Shown here in pieces: positions 1 to 12,217 of a stretch of 64,000 nt of DNA. The stretch is taken from contig NW_005434604.1 of NCBI RefSeq assembly GCF_000315625.1, forward strand, positions 186,001-250,000, written 5' to 3'. The notes beneath the pieces are model-generated. The model saw only the letters and a list, made by a program, of their open reading frames with translations. It was not told the DNA's origin and searched no databases. A program made the translations under genes and the position numbers. The DNA comes from Guillardia theta CCMP2712 (taxonomy: Eukaryota > Protista > Cryptophyta). Positions within the stretch are counted from its first letter, which is position 1. Every line of letters starts with the position of its first letter.

Positions 1-1727
1 TAAGAATCATCAGGGTATGAGATTCAGGAACTGAATTGAAATGTCCAGAGAACTTTGCATCCTTGCGAAAGAAGATGATGCAATCTATGCTGCACCACTA
101 TGACAGCAGGGTGAGGGATTTTGTGCTAGGACGGATTAGCTCTCTGACTTTGCCTGTGCTCTTTGCAGGCTGAATCCAGCATGTCGAACATTGGCGACAG
201 TGGAGGTTCGGAGAAGATGGATTTTCCTGCCGCTGACAAGGAGGTGACTGTTTGACTCTCCCATCGTTGGTGATTCAAAACTCATCCTGGTGCTGCGTCT
301 TGAACACAGGATTCACTGTTGAGTAGCGGCAGTAAGAGCGAGAGAGCGGCAAGTTTGATGGACAACAACAAGCGATCAATGCTGCATGACAAGACTGAAG
401 AAAGGAAGCATTCTGTTGACAAGCAACCGTCTCCCACCTGGAAAAGCCTTGCCAAGTCACTGTAAGCAAGGAATCCACACTGAAAGACTACTAACCGCAG
501 TGGCCCTGTTAGCTACGTCAGAAAGTGGAAGCCATCGCATGAAGCAACGCATGCATCAACCAGCATCAAACAAGGAGCGTCATGGTCGGATCTTAGCGCA
601 GAGCTCAAAAATGATATAGATCCGAACGTACGGGTATGTTGCATATTTCGACCCCAAAAAGCGTGTGTTGGCGACTTGAGCATCTTTTGCCATAAGAATT
701 CAAATCACTGTCGCTGATTGATATCTTTTATCAGGAAGAGAGAAAGGATCTTCGAGAAGCGAAGATTCGAGCAGAAAATTACCTCAGTGAGAAGCAAGTG
801 GATCAATCTGCATCAGGCAGAGCCCATGTCACTCAACTAAGTTTGAGAAAGAAAGCGAAAGCAAAGAATGTTGATCTCGAAGATAGCAAGTCAGAGAATC
901 TCAAGCGGCAGATGGCGAATGAGGACAAGCTGAAAGCCAGAAAATATGTCTTGGGGATCATCGCGAAGGACGTCCCCAAGTCATTACAACTTGCCTTCAT
1001 CAATAATTTGGAAAGCAAGCGTAATGATGGACATGGGCAGTCTCTTGCAGCTCTTAACTCGCAGATGCTGAAGCTCAAAGATGAAGTTCGAAGGATGAAA
1101 GACAAGGCACAGATTCTAGAATTGCAGAGCGAGGTACAAAAGTTGGAGCGGCAGCAACATGAAGCGAGCAAGCCCGTATCAAAGATGATGACAGTTGCTG
1201 CAGCAAAGGAGGGTCTGCTGAAGAAAGTGAGATCCATTCTGCAGGCACAATTCAACACTTTGAGAGAGAACATCGAAAATGAAATCAAAACCGTCAGTGC
1301 TTCGGACATTGCGGAAATCATGAGAGAAGGAAATGCAACGTCCCCGTTTTCTGATTCCAATGAGCTTAAGAAGATTGAAGCATTGAAGGGACAGAATGCG
1401 AAGTTAACGTCACTGCCTGCACGTCAAGAAGGCGCAGATACAAGGGCCAAAAGCATTTTGACAAAGTACAAGGCCCTGGTCAAGGAGAATGCTGACTTGA
1501 AAAGTGAGATAACCTCTATCGAGATGAAGCAAAGAGATTCGAAGAATCTTCCGACCAATCAAGACGTTTACAAACTCCGGCATTTGGCCTCGAAGTACAA
1601 ATTGGAAGCGCTCAAGCTCAGGGAGAATAATAGTAAGTTATCTGCCGAAGTCTTCAATTTGCAATCTCGGCAGAATACTCCATCAGCGGCAGCATTAGCG
1701 GCTCAAAAGGATGGCAAGCGCAAGTAA
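1..1727 (+). CDS. 3' part of multi-exon hypothetical coiled-coil protein (begins upstream of window)
   Basis: Long terminal ORF 798-1727 is K/E/L/Q-rich with heptad character; upstream short GT-AG introns (e.g. ~111-168); no recognisable domain. Confidence 0.6.
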
Positions 1728-1961
1728 ACTGAAAGGCAGGGAGCGATGAATTCAATTGAAATGATCGCGGTGGCCTGGATATCTTCTTTCTTCTTTCTTC
1801 TTTCTTCTCTCTATCTCAAGCTTTCATAGATCCTTTTTAAGCTACTAAGGCTGATCTCTTGTTGTACTATCCTGACACCAAAATACTTCAATCAAAATGA
1901 CAGTAAACTCCCGCCGCACCGGCCGGCGGCGGCATCCGATTGTCGAGCCCGACCGGCGACT

Positions 1962-1975
1962 TTCTTTACTCAAAG
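1962..1975 (+). promoter_or_regulatory. Partial copy of dispersed TTTACTCAAAG intergenic element
   Basis: TTCTTTACTCAAAG matches the 5' half of copies at 17009, 18133, 49775 and 62646; embedded in GC-rich palindromic sequence upstream of the gene at 2404. Confidence 0.45.
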
Positions 1976-2403
1976 CGACTAGTAGCCGAGGCTTTCCAGC
2001 GCGGCCTCCGTCGGACGGTCGGCCCGGACTCAGGCGGCAGTGCCGGCAGTGCCGATGCGGCAGAGGCCGGGTCCGTTGCCCCTCATCCCGTCCGACTCCG
2101 TTTCTATTTCCGGGATTGTATAATAGCTGTTGTAATTTGATGGGAGAAGGTAGTAACTGGTACAAATTTATCAGTCAATATGAGTACCAAATCCAAACTA
2201 TTAGTACAAATTTATACTTTCATGTTCAGCTTCTCGGTTTCAATATTGTACTGCAACGATATATATAGTTATCTGTCATACATCAATTTTTGTTATTCAT
2301 ATTATAAAATCAACAAGTGTTCTCAAGTTGGGTTTCGGGCGTCCCATGGCGGTGGGGTGAAAGCGCAGAGGAGGAGGGAAGTGCGGCAGAGCTCTGAGAC
2401 AGG

Positions 2404-4741
2404 ATGAGAGGTCCTTGCATCACCCTGGCCGCGTCAGGGATCTGCGTTCTCTTAGTCCTCGTTTGCATTCTAAGCGGTGAACAGTCTGACAAGAGTGATA
2501 ACCCGAACCTGACGTACGAACTACTGACCTCACTGGGCGCCAAAGAAACGACCTTGGCATCCAACAACTTAACATCTTCTGATGATTACGCCGCGCTGAT
2601 ACAAGCAATCAAGAATCTTGTCGCTGGGAAGAATAAGGGAAACAGCACTTCAGATATCAAAAATGCAGTTCAAATTATTGTCGATCGCAAACTGGAACAG
2701 GCGAAGGAAGCCATGAAGAAAGAAAAAGAAGCAATAGAGGAAAGGGAGCGACAAGCAGAACAAGAGAAGCGGAAAGATGTCAAGAGTGAGCAAGAAGCGG
2801 CTGTGATCGGAAGCATCATTGGCAAAGCGTTTGCTCAGCAGTCACAGATTGATGAGACAAAATCTGAAGATGATGCAAAGAAGGCTGAAAAGTTCGAAAG
2901 GTATTCATCTACCTCCCTGCTTTCCTCTCTCTCCTCGTGTTGAGCTTTGCATTAGGGCTGCAAAGCGAGAACAATATAGAGCGAATAGACTAAGGGTTGC
3001 TGAGTCGATTAACAAAAGGATCATGGAAACGTCAAACAAAATGTCAGAAGTTGCCAAAATGGCAGCCAGTGCAGCTGCTGATGCCAAAGAGGTAACACTC
3101 GCAGCTCAAGATTTTCATCGTATGTTGTTCACTCACTTGCTGTAGATTGTCGAGGATGAAGAATATGCGGCTCAAGACGAGGACCAGAGAATGATTGAAG
3201 AGGCCAGGGCTGCACGAAGGGCAAAGGAAGCAGAACGAAAAGCTGCTGACGAGCGTAGGATTGCGGAGAAAGCTGCAGATCAGAGTGAGATCTCATTTAG
3301 ATCCACCGAAGGTGCAAACGACCAGGTGCAATAAAACAAGGGAGGAATTCTACATATCGATCTTACAACATGCGCGCAGTCTTTTCAGAGAGTTGATTCG
3401 GCAAGAAGAGACGCAATTGCATCTGCAGAAAAGGTTGAAAAGGAGGAGAGGAAGATGATGCAAAGAGCGAAGGCAAATCCTCTAAAACATTTGAACTTCA
3501 AGCTTATTTGTCAAGTCAGGATGCTGAATTCCGAGCCCAAGAAGATGCAAGAAGGGCTGAGGCTGCTGAGCTGCAATCAGAGCTGATCTCAAAAGTAACC
3601 TTGCAGACCTCACAGAGGTTTGCCTTTGAAATCGAATTAACTCAGATCCGCAGGAATTTGTAGCGGCTGAGAAGGAAGCAAAGAGACAAGCGAAGGAGGC
3701 TCGAGAACAAGCAAACATCGCTATGCACGCAGCAAAGAATTCTCGTTTGGAAAGAAAAGTGTGTGATGTCTGATCACAGAGATCTTGTGACTGGTAACTT
3801 CCTTGCCTTAGAGAATGGAAGAAGCGGGCAAGGAAGACATCGAGGCAGCAAAAGCGGAAACGAAAAGGGCCCAAGACATTGCCTCGTCCTCGGAGCAATC
3901 GGTACCAGCACGTCCTTTCGAAGACACTCGAGTTCTCACTACCTGCCTTAGGGCGACATGGAGGAGGAATTGAAAGATATCGAGAAGGATCTCCATATCT
4001 TACAAGGAAAGGTTCAAAGGGATGAAGAGATGCGCTTGTCTGCTTCAAGAAACGATGATCTCCCGAGAATTGGCGAGGAGAGAATCCCAAGAACGATCAT
4101 AGTGAACAAACTCCGAAAGCCAAAATCGGTGTGTCTACATCGTGGTCCAACAAACTGGTGGAGCTCTGATTTTTCGTTTTTCAGATGGCTATCAAGAGCG
4201 AAATGAACGCCCAGGTTGAGAGAGAGCTTTACAGACTTATCTCCAAGATCGCATTGGATAGGACGCATAAGCAGGACCAAAGGCACAAGCTGACTGTGTA
4301 CGAGGATCCCAAAAGATTTCTTGTCAAAAAGCAGGTAGCTATATCTTTATTCAGGGGATGTATGTGGCATATTTGACCTTGTCTCAGCCCCCGGTCTCGT
4401 CAAATCCTTTTGATTGGATCGTTCGGGGGTTAAAGCCTTACGAGTCACAAGGTGATCTGCCTCTTAAACAAACGCTGCAACGCTGATGCCTTGAAACTCG
4501 ACCAGTTCGGTTAAGTCACCCTTCGAGAATGCAGAGAGTTAAACCATACGCCTACAACATGCCGCATCCAGTTGCCGTTCATAGCTTCCCGGGCGTTGGG
4601 ATGGACGCGCTCTCGCCCGAGCTGCAAGCTCACAGGGCGCTGGCATCGGCGCAAGAAGCGATCAGACGCATGGGAGGGGTAGCTGAGATGGATGTGAGAC
4701 ACGGAAACTTGTTTGCTCACCCTGAGATAGTAGGACGATAA
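2404..4741 (+). CDS. Multi-exon hypothetical protein, N-terminal signal/TM segment plus long A/E/K/R coiled coil
   Basis: MRGPCITLAASGICVLLVLVCILSG hydrophobic leader; exons joinable through short introns, including a GC-AG intron at 3473-3519; last ORF ends 4741. Confidence 0.6.
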
Positions 4742-5169
4742 AATCATGATGGTACTGCCTCTGGGACATTTTTTCAAATTTAGAATTTTGACCTTACTTA
4801 AATCGGTACAATAGTAACCTATAACATTCCATGCAAACTTTCGATTGTTTCCCCCAGCATCTCCCAGCAGCTTCTGCTGAAGTCACTTGATGGTCGGCAG
4901 GTTGATGGAGAAGTTCAATGCTGACGCTATCCGGCGAAACTTCTTCTGAGCCACTGTTCCGCACTACTGGTGAAGCAGATCCGCCTCACCGAGATTATAG
5001 GCACCAAGAGAAAGCATCAACGAAATTCTTTATTTGTTTATTTTGCTGTTCCTGTGAGAATAACTAATTGAATGCTGAGGTGAACTTGTCAAGTTGTAAA
5101 AGTGCACCAACAGTTTGCTCTGCAAGGGTTGTGTGCGAGGAACGGGAGGAGGGAGAGGAGGCATTGTGA

Positions 5170-6285
5170 ATGTTGAGGAAGGAGTTCCTCTGTCCTCTTG
5201 TCTTGTTGGTTTACCTCCATCAAGTCTCTTGCTTCTCTCCTCCTCTGTTCCATCAAGTCTCTTGCTTCTCTCCTCCTCCTCTGTCTTCTTGTCTCCCTCG
5301 TGGATCCTTGACTCATCGGCTGAGGAGACCTTGCCGCATGGCGAACGTAAACGATTATGCGAGAATGCCGCCTTCTGAGAGGAGAAGAGCTGATGAGAGC
5401 GATGACAGCATCTTCTATCAAAGCCCTCGTCTTGTTTATCATGCCGATCATGATTGTCTGCAACGTCTCACCGACATATACAAGTCGCTGATTCCTGCCG
5501 ATCGCCGCGTACTGGATCTTGGGTCTTCCTGGGTTTCGCATCTTCCTGATGATGTGGAGTATGCGCAAGTAGTTGGTGTGGGACTGAACGAAGTCGAACT
5601 TAGAAGTAATCACAGACTAGACGAATATTTGGTCTTGGACCTCAACAGCAAGCAGCATCTTCCTTTTGAAGCCGAGAGCTTCGATGCCGTTCTGCTTGCT
5701 TTCACGATCCAGTACCTCACTCATCCTGAGAAGCTCCTGGCAGACATCAGGAGAGTATTAAAAGATGATGGAGTGGTCATTGTCAGCTGGACCAGGCATT
5801 GCTTTCCGACCAAGGCAATCACAGCTTTCCTGGATCGAGATGAGGAGGGCAGGTTAGAGCTTGTGCAGAATCTTCTGGTACATGCAGGTTACGATGTCGA
5901 GGTTCACCGGAGAGCGATTCTGAACCGAGATTTTAAGGGGTCCGACCCTCTCTACGCCTTGTCTGCTCGCAAGAACGCCCTCGGAGGAAGCAGTGCAAGC
6001 GCCCAACCCAACGACGAGCGCCTAGACATGATGGAGCAGGGGGCCGTGAGGGTGCAGCCAGACAGCTCCCTTGTGTGGAGGGAGAGGATCATTGAGCTTG
6101 CTCGAGAGGCTGAGGGCCTGGGCATCCCAATGTCAGCGATGGGCTTGGAGAAGCTGGGGGACAACCCGAGCAAGGAGCAGGTGCAAGAGGCTATGTCACA
6201 CATTCATGCCATCATAGGTTGATTGCTTCTTTGCTAGTCTACATCTGACTTGGCTCTAGCGAGCAGGCTCAGCTCTAACCTCTAG
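5170..6285 (+). CDS. Class I SAM-dependent methyltransferase (Methyltransf_11-like), probably plastid-targeted
   Basis: DESDDSIFYQSPRLVYH, VLDLGSSWVSHLP (motif I), LPFEAESFDAV, RVLKDDG; leader with signal peptide VSC-F; short final intron gives ...IIASRLSSNL* with TAG at 6283-6285. Confidence 0.85.
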
Positions 6286-9200
6286 CGCGAGGAGGAGGAT
6301 CGGAAGCGCATCTTGCTGATCTCAGGAAAGACGCTGTCTCTGCGGGAGACATCCCGGTAGCTGTCCACTATGTTGGTCCCATCGCGATAGCCACTTGCTA
6401 TCGTTCTCTCCCTGTACGGCACCTCCTCCATCATCTCCTCGTTGTACGATTCTTTGCCCGCAAACTTGGCCTTCCTCATCCTCTTTGTGATCCCGACGGA
6501 GAGCTCGTCTGTGCTCGGCACACGGAGCTTAGCGACCGGAGCGCTGGACTGCAACTTCCCTTCCTCATGCCAGACCGCATGAACCTTGTCTCCTGTGCGG
6601 AAGAAACCTCTTCCGTGCGGCCTCCCTCTCTTCCATTGCCCTTCATATCGGCTTCCGTTGGGCCACAGAAACTCTCCCCATCCTTCTCTGCTTCCTAGCA
6701 CGAACTCCCCGTTGTACTTGGATCCATCCTCCCACCACCTCGAGCCTGAGCCATGGAAGCACATCTCCTCCTGCTCCTCCACGTCCCCAACTTCTCCATC
6801 ATAGTAAGACTTGTCCGGAAACGTGAAAGTCCGTCGAGCCTTCTCGTGGGGCTGCATCAGGATGACCGACCCAAACCTGCTCTCAATGTCGTACGCCTCA
6901 CCCCCGTACGCCAGCACTGCAGAGCCATGCTGCTTGTCGTTCAGCCAGTCCCCGTCATACTTGTACAGAGTCCCGTCTTGGTCCCTCCACTTCTGCATCC
7001 CCTTCCCTTCTCTCTTTCCATTCACAAAGTCTCCCTCGTACACGCTCCCGTTCGGCCATGTCAGCTTGCCCCGCCCATGTCGGCATCCCTCCAGGTATTC
7101 GCCTTCGAACTGCATGCCATCAGGAAACTTCTCCTTGCATGTGCCATGCCGTTTCCCATACTTCCACTCGCCCTCGTACACATACCCATCTTCCCCCACG
7201 AAAGTACCCCTCCCGTCTAACTTCCCGTTCTTCCAGCGTCCTCGGTACTCGCTGCCGTTGACAAACTTCATCGTTCTCTCCCCCGTATACCAAAACTGCC
7301 TCCGTTTGTCTGCGTCTCTCTCGCGCGATCGAGACTCGTCGAGCACCTGCATCTTCATCTTCACGCTGTAGTGTCCTACTTTGTTCCAGACTGTGACAAC
7401 CCACGTGCCGAGCTCGCAGTTGCGCAAGGGGCGACCGTAGATCGTTCCGGTCCTCTCCTCCATCTCAAGGCCGTACGGAAGCTGCTTCCAGTACTCCCAA
7501 AACCTGCAAAGCAACGTCAGCAAGCGAGGACAAGCCTCAGGCCTCTCACTCTTCGAACTCGATCTGTCCAGTCCCGTCTTTGTCGATCTGAGCGAGCAGC
7601 CATCGGAACTCTCCCTCAGTCAACTTCTCCCCTAGATCTCTCAGGCAAAGTCGGAACTCGCTGGGATCAAGAGCCCCGCTGTCGTCTTTGTCGAACCTGT
7701 TGAACACCTCTCTAGCTTTCTCAACTTCTCTGGCCACTGTGAATCTCCTCGGAGCAGAGGCGTCGCAGAGCAGCACCTCGTTGTCCTTGATGGACTCGTT
7801 GAGCGAGTAGACGAGGTCAAACTTCATGTAGATCAGTGTTGTCGCCACCTTCGCCACTTCGATGTGAACATCCACTGAGTGTGACCCCACGTAGTTCTTC
7901 CCGGTAACGACGAACCTGACGCTTTCTGTTACCCCTGGCTTTCCGCTAGATGTTGTCTCCCTCGTAGGGGCACCACTGATCGTTCCAGTCTTCTCGTCCA
8001 GCTCTAGACCAGGAGGGAGTGGCGGGTAGACCGTGAAGCTGACACTGCTTCCCTCGAAGGTCAGGGTGTTGTCATAGAACATCTCGCCGCACTCCGACAG
8101 AGTCTCAGGGTCAGCATCGACTCTGCAATAGCACTCGGGGCTATGCAGCTTGTAAATCACGTCCGAGGAGCGATAGCGAAACTGAGACGGAGCGTCTTGA
8201 ACCTCCATGTTAAGCGTGGTGGAGGTTTCTCCTACCGGATTCCATGCTGTGATCACGTACAACCGAAGCTGGGAGGGCAGCAGAGGCACGCCAGTGATGG
8301 ACCCGTCGTTCTCGTTGAGGTGCAGGCCCTTGGGGAGGGCAGAGGAGAAGTACCTGGAGAAGGCGTCGAAGGTGATGGAGTCAGAGCCCTCCAAGAGCAT
8401 GGACGAGAAGATTTCCTCCATGTCAGACTTGGCCAGGCGGATACCAAGAATGCTCAGCATCTCCTTGAACTCTGAGAAGTCCAGAGTGCCGGACTGATCG
8501 TCATCGTAGGAGTCAAAGAGGGTCCGCAAGCGCAGCGGATCGATCCCAACAAGGAACCTCATGCACCCATTCTTCGACTTGGCCGTTCCATTCGTCGCGC
8601 ACTTCATGGGTCGGCAGGCGGTGTTGGTGGCGAGTCTGACCACGTCTTCGACTAACTTGTACCGGAAGTTTGAAGGCGGATCCATCACTTCCATGCTCAC
8701 CTCGCACTCAGTGGAGCCAACCCTGTTGCTCGCTCGAATGACGTAGTCTGTCGCTCCCGCAGACCTCAGGGGAACTCCACTGATGGCGCCTGTTTCTCTG
8801 TCGATCTTCAGTCCCTCAGGAAGCTCGGGGCTCGTGCTGAAGATGAAGGGGTGGGTTCCATTGATGGCCTTCACCTTGAGGGGGCCCTTGATCCAGTCGC
8901 CCTCCTGGTTGACTTTGAAGTGGTCAGCTCCTTCTCTGTGCCCAGAGTACATCTGCTTCGCAATCCTCACAAAGTCGTCGAAGAAGATCTCTTGCTCCTC
9001 TCCGCGATCGCTGTTCGTGGCCTCCCTCATCATGCTGCTCAGGTCTTCCTCGGAAATACGAACCCCCCACGCTTCCAGCGCGTCCCCCATCTCCTTGGCG
9101 TCTACTGACCCGGAGTGATCCGAGTCAATGGCGTCGAACAGCTCCCGGGCTGCTGAGATAAGTCTATTGTCATCCATCCTCTTTCCCAGCTTTGAAATCA

Positions 9201-11274
9201 ACGACGCTCTTGCTGACTTCCACGCGTCCAGCTGCAGCTCTCCCTGCCGGTAGATGACGTTGGTGAAGCAGTACTCCAGCTCCACGGGGGGGTCAAGAGC
9301 TTGGAAGTAGACCTGACAGTGGGCGTGCCCGACATCATTCTGCACGGTGACTGTGTGAAGAACTTTTGCTGAGTCGTGCAGTGGTCTCCCCGCAATAGTT
9401 CCTGTCTCAGTATCGATGGACACTCCCTCAGGAAGCGGAGGGTCGATAGAGAACCTGTGCGGCCTCGTTCCCTTGAGTGTGGCGACTTTGATAGGCTTCA
9501 ACTTCTGTTCCACCGCGCAGAAGACGTCAAGAGATTCGTACTGCAAGTTTGACACGGTCTCTAGTATGGAAAGCTTCAGCACAAACTTAGTCGATCCCAA
9601 ACGATTCATGGCAGTGATGGTCCATAGGCGGCCGTTCAAGTTGGTTTCGTCTATCATCCTTGCCAGTTCATCGTCTTTGATTGTGACACCAACCTTGTTC
9701 AAGGCAACCACCAGCTCATCAATGGATAACTCGCCAGAACCATCTGAATCCATCTCTTGGAAAATTTGATCGAGCCTCTCCCAAAGCTCTTCTTTCTTCA
9801 GGTTTGGACCGATCATTTTCACGATCCCCACCTTCGCACTCTCCCAGACATCATCATTGTTGCCAACGTAGATATTCGTCAGAAGATTTTTCCAGCTTTG
9901 AAAGTCAATTCCTGGATCATTCAATCCCTGATCTATCCCTGCTTCATCCATCATTTCAAGTATCGTCGCTTGCTCCACATCCAGGCCCAAACTGTTCAAC
10001 GCCAGCTCAAGCTCTCCGATGTCTATCTTCCCCGACCCGTCCTCGTCAAACTCGTTGAACACCTCTCTACATCGGATGGGAAGTTCAAGCTCCACGTCTA
10101 GTCCTTCCCCCAACTTCTTGATCAATGCATACCCTGCTTCCTTCCAGGCGCCGTACTTGTCTTTGCTGTGATACATCTTGAACAGCATCTCCTCGAATTC
10201 GAGGATCTCGATCTCAGCACTGCCATCAACGTCTAACTCAGCCGCCATGTGCGTCAACTCTTCGTCAGAAACTTGTATGTGAAGCGAAGTCATCAGAGCC
10301 TTCAGCTCGTCGAAGTCTATCTGCCCGGACCCATCCTCATCGTACTTGTTGAAGATCTCCCTTGCTCGTTCTCGGATCTCTTCTTCTGTCAGGTTCATCC
10401 CTAATTCTTTGAGGAGCGCATTTCTTGCCTTCTTCCATCCGCTGTCGCTGGTTTTGCCCATGTACATCTGCAAGCACAGGTCTCTCCAACCTTGCATGCT
10501 CAGCGAACTTTGCCCTGTAGGGTTCCCACTTATGATCCCCGTGGCCTCATCGAAATGAAGGCCCGGAGGCAGCGGTCGATCGATGCTGAAGTGTATGGGG
10601 GCAGAGCCAGATTCAAGAAGAGGCTCGTTGGGAATGATGTCATGTTCGGATGCGTACTTACACACACCAGCAGTGTATGTCAGCTCTGCCGGCGCGTCCT
10701 CCATCTCCACATGATCGCCAGAAGTCATGGAAACGAACAGGTAGAATTGTCCATACCCCTTGTCGGACGTTCGTTCGCCCGGTGAGAACTGGTCGAGGAA
10801 GCTCGTATGGACTACATTACGAATGGTGGCATCCAGCTTGTCGCCGTTGACGCCGAAGGAGAGCAGGCCAGCATCTACATCGAAGAAGACATCTACCACA
10901 TCGCCTGTTCCCGTCATCCGCTTTTCCTTCTGATCTGACGCCGGGACTTGGCGGCCGCCACTCCGCAAGCATCCGTCGGAATTGCAGTAATGCCAGAGCC
11001 GATCGTTGAAGTACGTGTCCAGCGCTCCCTTCTGCAAGTCAGAGTCCTGTATGTCCACCGCGATCCCGATGCAGAGCGAAGCTGAGGGATTCTTCCTCAC
11101 GATCTTGAGCTGCCATCTGTGCTTCCCTCTTCGTCTGGGAACCTTGGCCAGCACAAGATATTCTCCCTCACAGTCTGGGATGCTTGCAGACTTCCCCTCG
11201 ACCACGGCATGCTCGCGCGACCATCGCCCCCACACATTGCTCTGAATGTGCGCCATGCCACCGAGATCGGACAA
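6282..11274 (-). CDS. ~1640-aa protein: SPRY domain, 6 putative-Ig (He_PIG-like) repeats with inserted EF-hands, C-terminal MORN repeats
   Basis: ORFs 7546-11274 and 6282-7523 join in frame via a 46-nt GT-AG intron (7504-7549: EFEE/FWEYW). SPRY motifs (LCIGIA, GDVVDVFFDVDAGLLSFGVNG); LPxGLxxDxxTGxIxGxP repeats; DxDxSGxIDxxE loops; YxGxWxxGxxxGxG MORN repeats. Confidence 0.88.
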
Positions 11275-11423
11275 AGAGTTGGTTCTCTCAGCTTCCTAGC
11301 TCAAGGTTCTCTCACTCGGCATCGCCATCATTGAGCAGCAAGCGCATCGCCATGAGCAGCAAGCGCATCGCATCCTTCTATGCGCCATCAGTTGCTCTGC
11401 CGGTAGAAACTTGATCCCTTTCT

Positions 11424-11466
11424 CACTCAAAGTAGGCAGTTAAAAAGCAGTACGTGGACAATCAGG
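11424..11466 (+). promoter_or_regulatory. Degenerate copy of dispersed intergenic element
   Basis: ACTCAAAGTAGGCAGTTAAAAAGCAGTACGTGGACAATCAGG aligns with 17012-17053 ACTCAAAGTTAAGTTAAAGATCAGTACCGTAGGACAATCAGG; followed by GGGCCCCGGGCCCCGG. Confidence 0.6.
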
Positions 11467-12217
11467 CCCGCGCCGATCAGTTCGGACTAGTCGGGCCCCG
11501 GGCCCCGGCTGGCATGGCCCCATCAGTACTGCACTCAAAGTTACCAACAACACTGGTCGTTCCTCAGAAAGTGAACGACCACTGTAACGAAAACAGTACC
11601 ATCAGGCGGTGCTTGCTGCCAAAAATGAAAGTACCCCTCTTTCAAAGGAATATTGTACCGGTACTTTATCCCTCAAAGGTTCATTTTTCAACAATTCAAG
11701 GGACGTGACTGGATAGGGAGGGGTGGGGGTCATAGGAGTTCTTGATGTAACGGAAAGCTTGGTTCAATCCTCGGTACTACCATGCAAAGCTCACAGCAGC
11801 AAAGTAATGCAGGAGGTAAAGGAGAGGAGGGAGGAGACAGGAAACCTTCTTGTTGACTTGCGATGTTCATCCAAGTACCCTCTGATTTGTTATCTGATGT
11901 CTACTGTTCCTGCCTCTTGCATCATAGCCATCAACTAGCTGCTGGGGTTTGTTTCTCGTGTGCAATTTACTTGCTTTTGGTCTTTCATCGGTGAATGCTG
12001 ATGGTGTGTGTGGTTAACGGACCCGACTTTAAAATCAGATATGATATTTGAATGAATGTCTTCCCACAAAACAGTGGTTCTATGCTGTGCTTCCTTCTTG
12101 AAGTCCAAAGATGCACAATTTTTTTTGTATCGCTCATGCCGTATAACAGTACAAATACTAAATCGCAGCGGCCATGAAAGCTATTGATTGATGGTCTAAC
12201 AAATAGGTTTTTTTCAG

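Noticed and set aside
11296-11390. Upstream Cys-rich ORF (MAHRRMRCACCSWRCACCS) as N-terminus or readthrough leader of the EF-hand gene
   Set aside because: It ends in TAG, derives from a 21-bp duplication, and has no convincing donor; the ATG at ~11256 is a simpler start.
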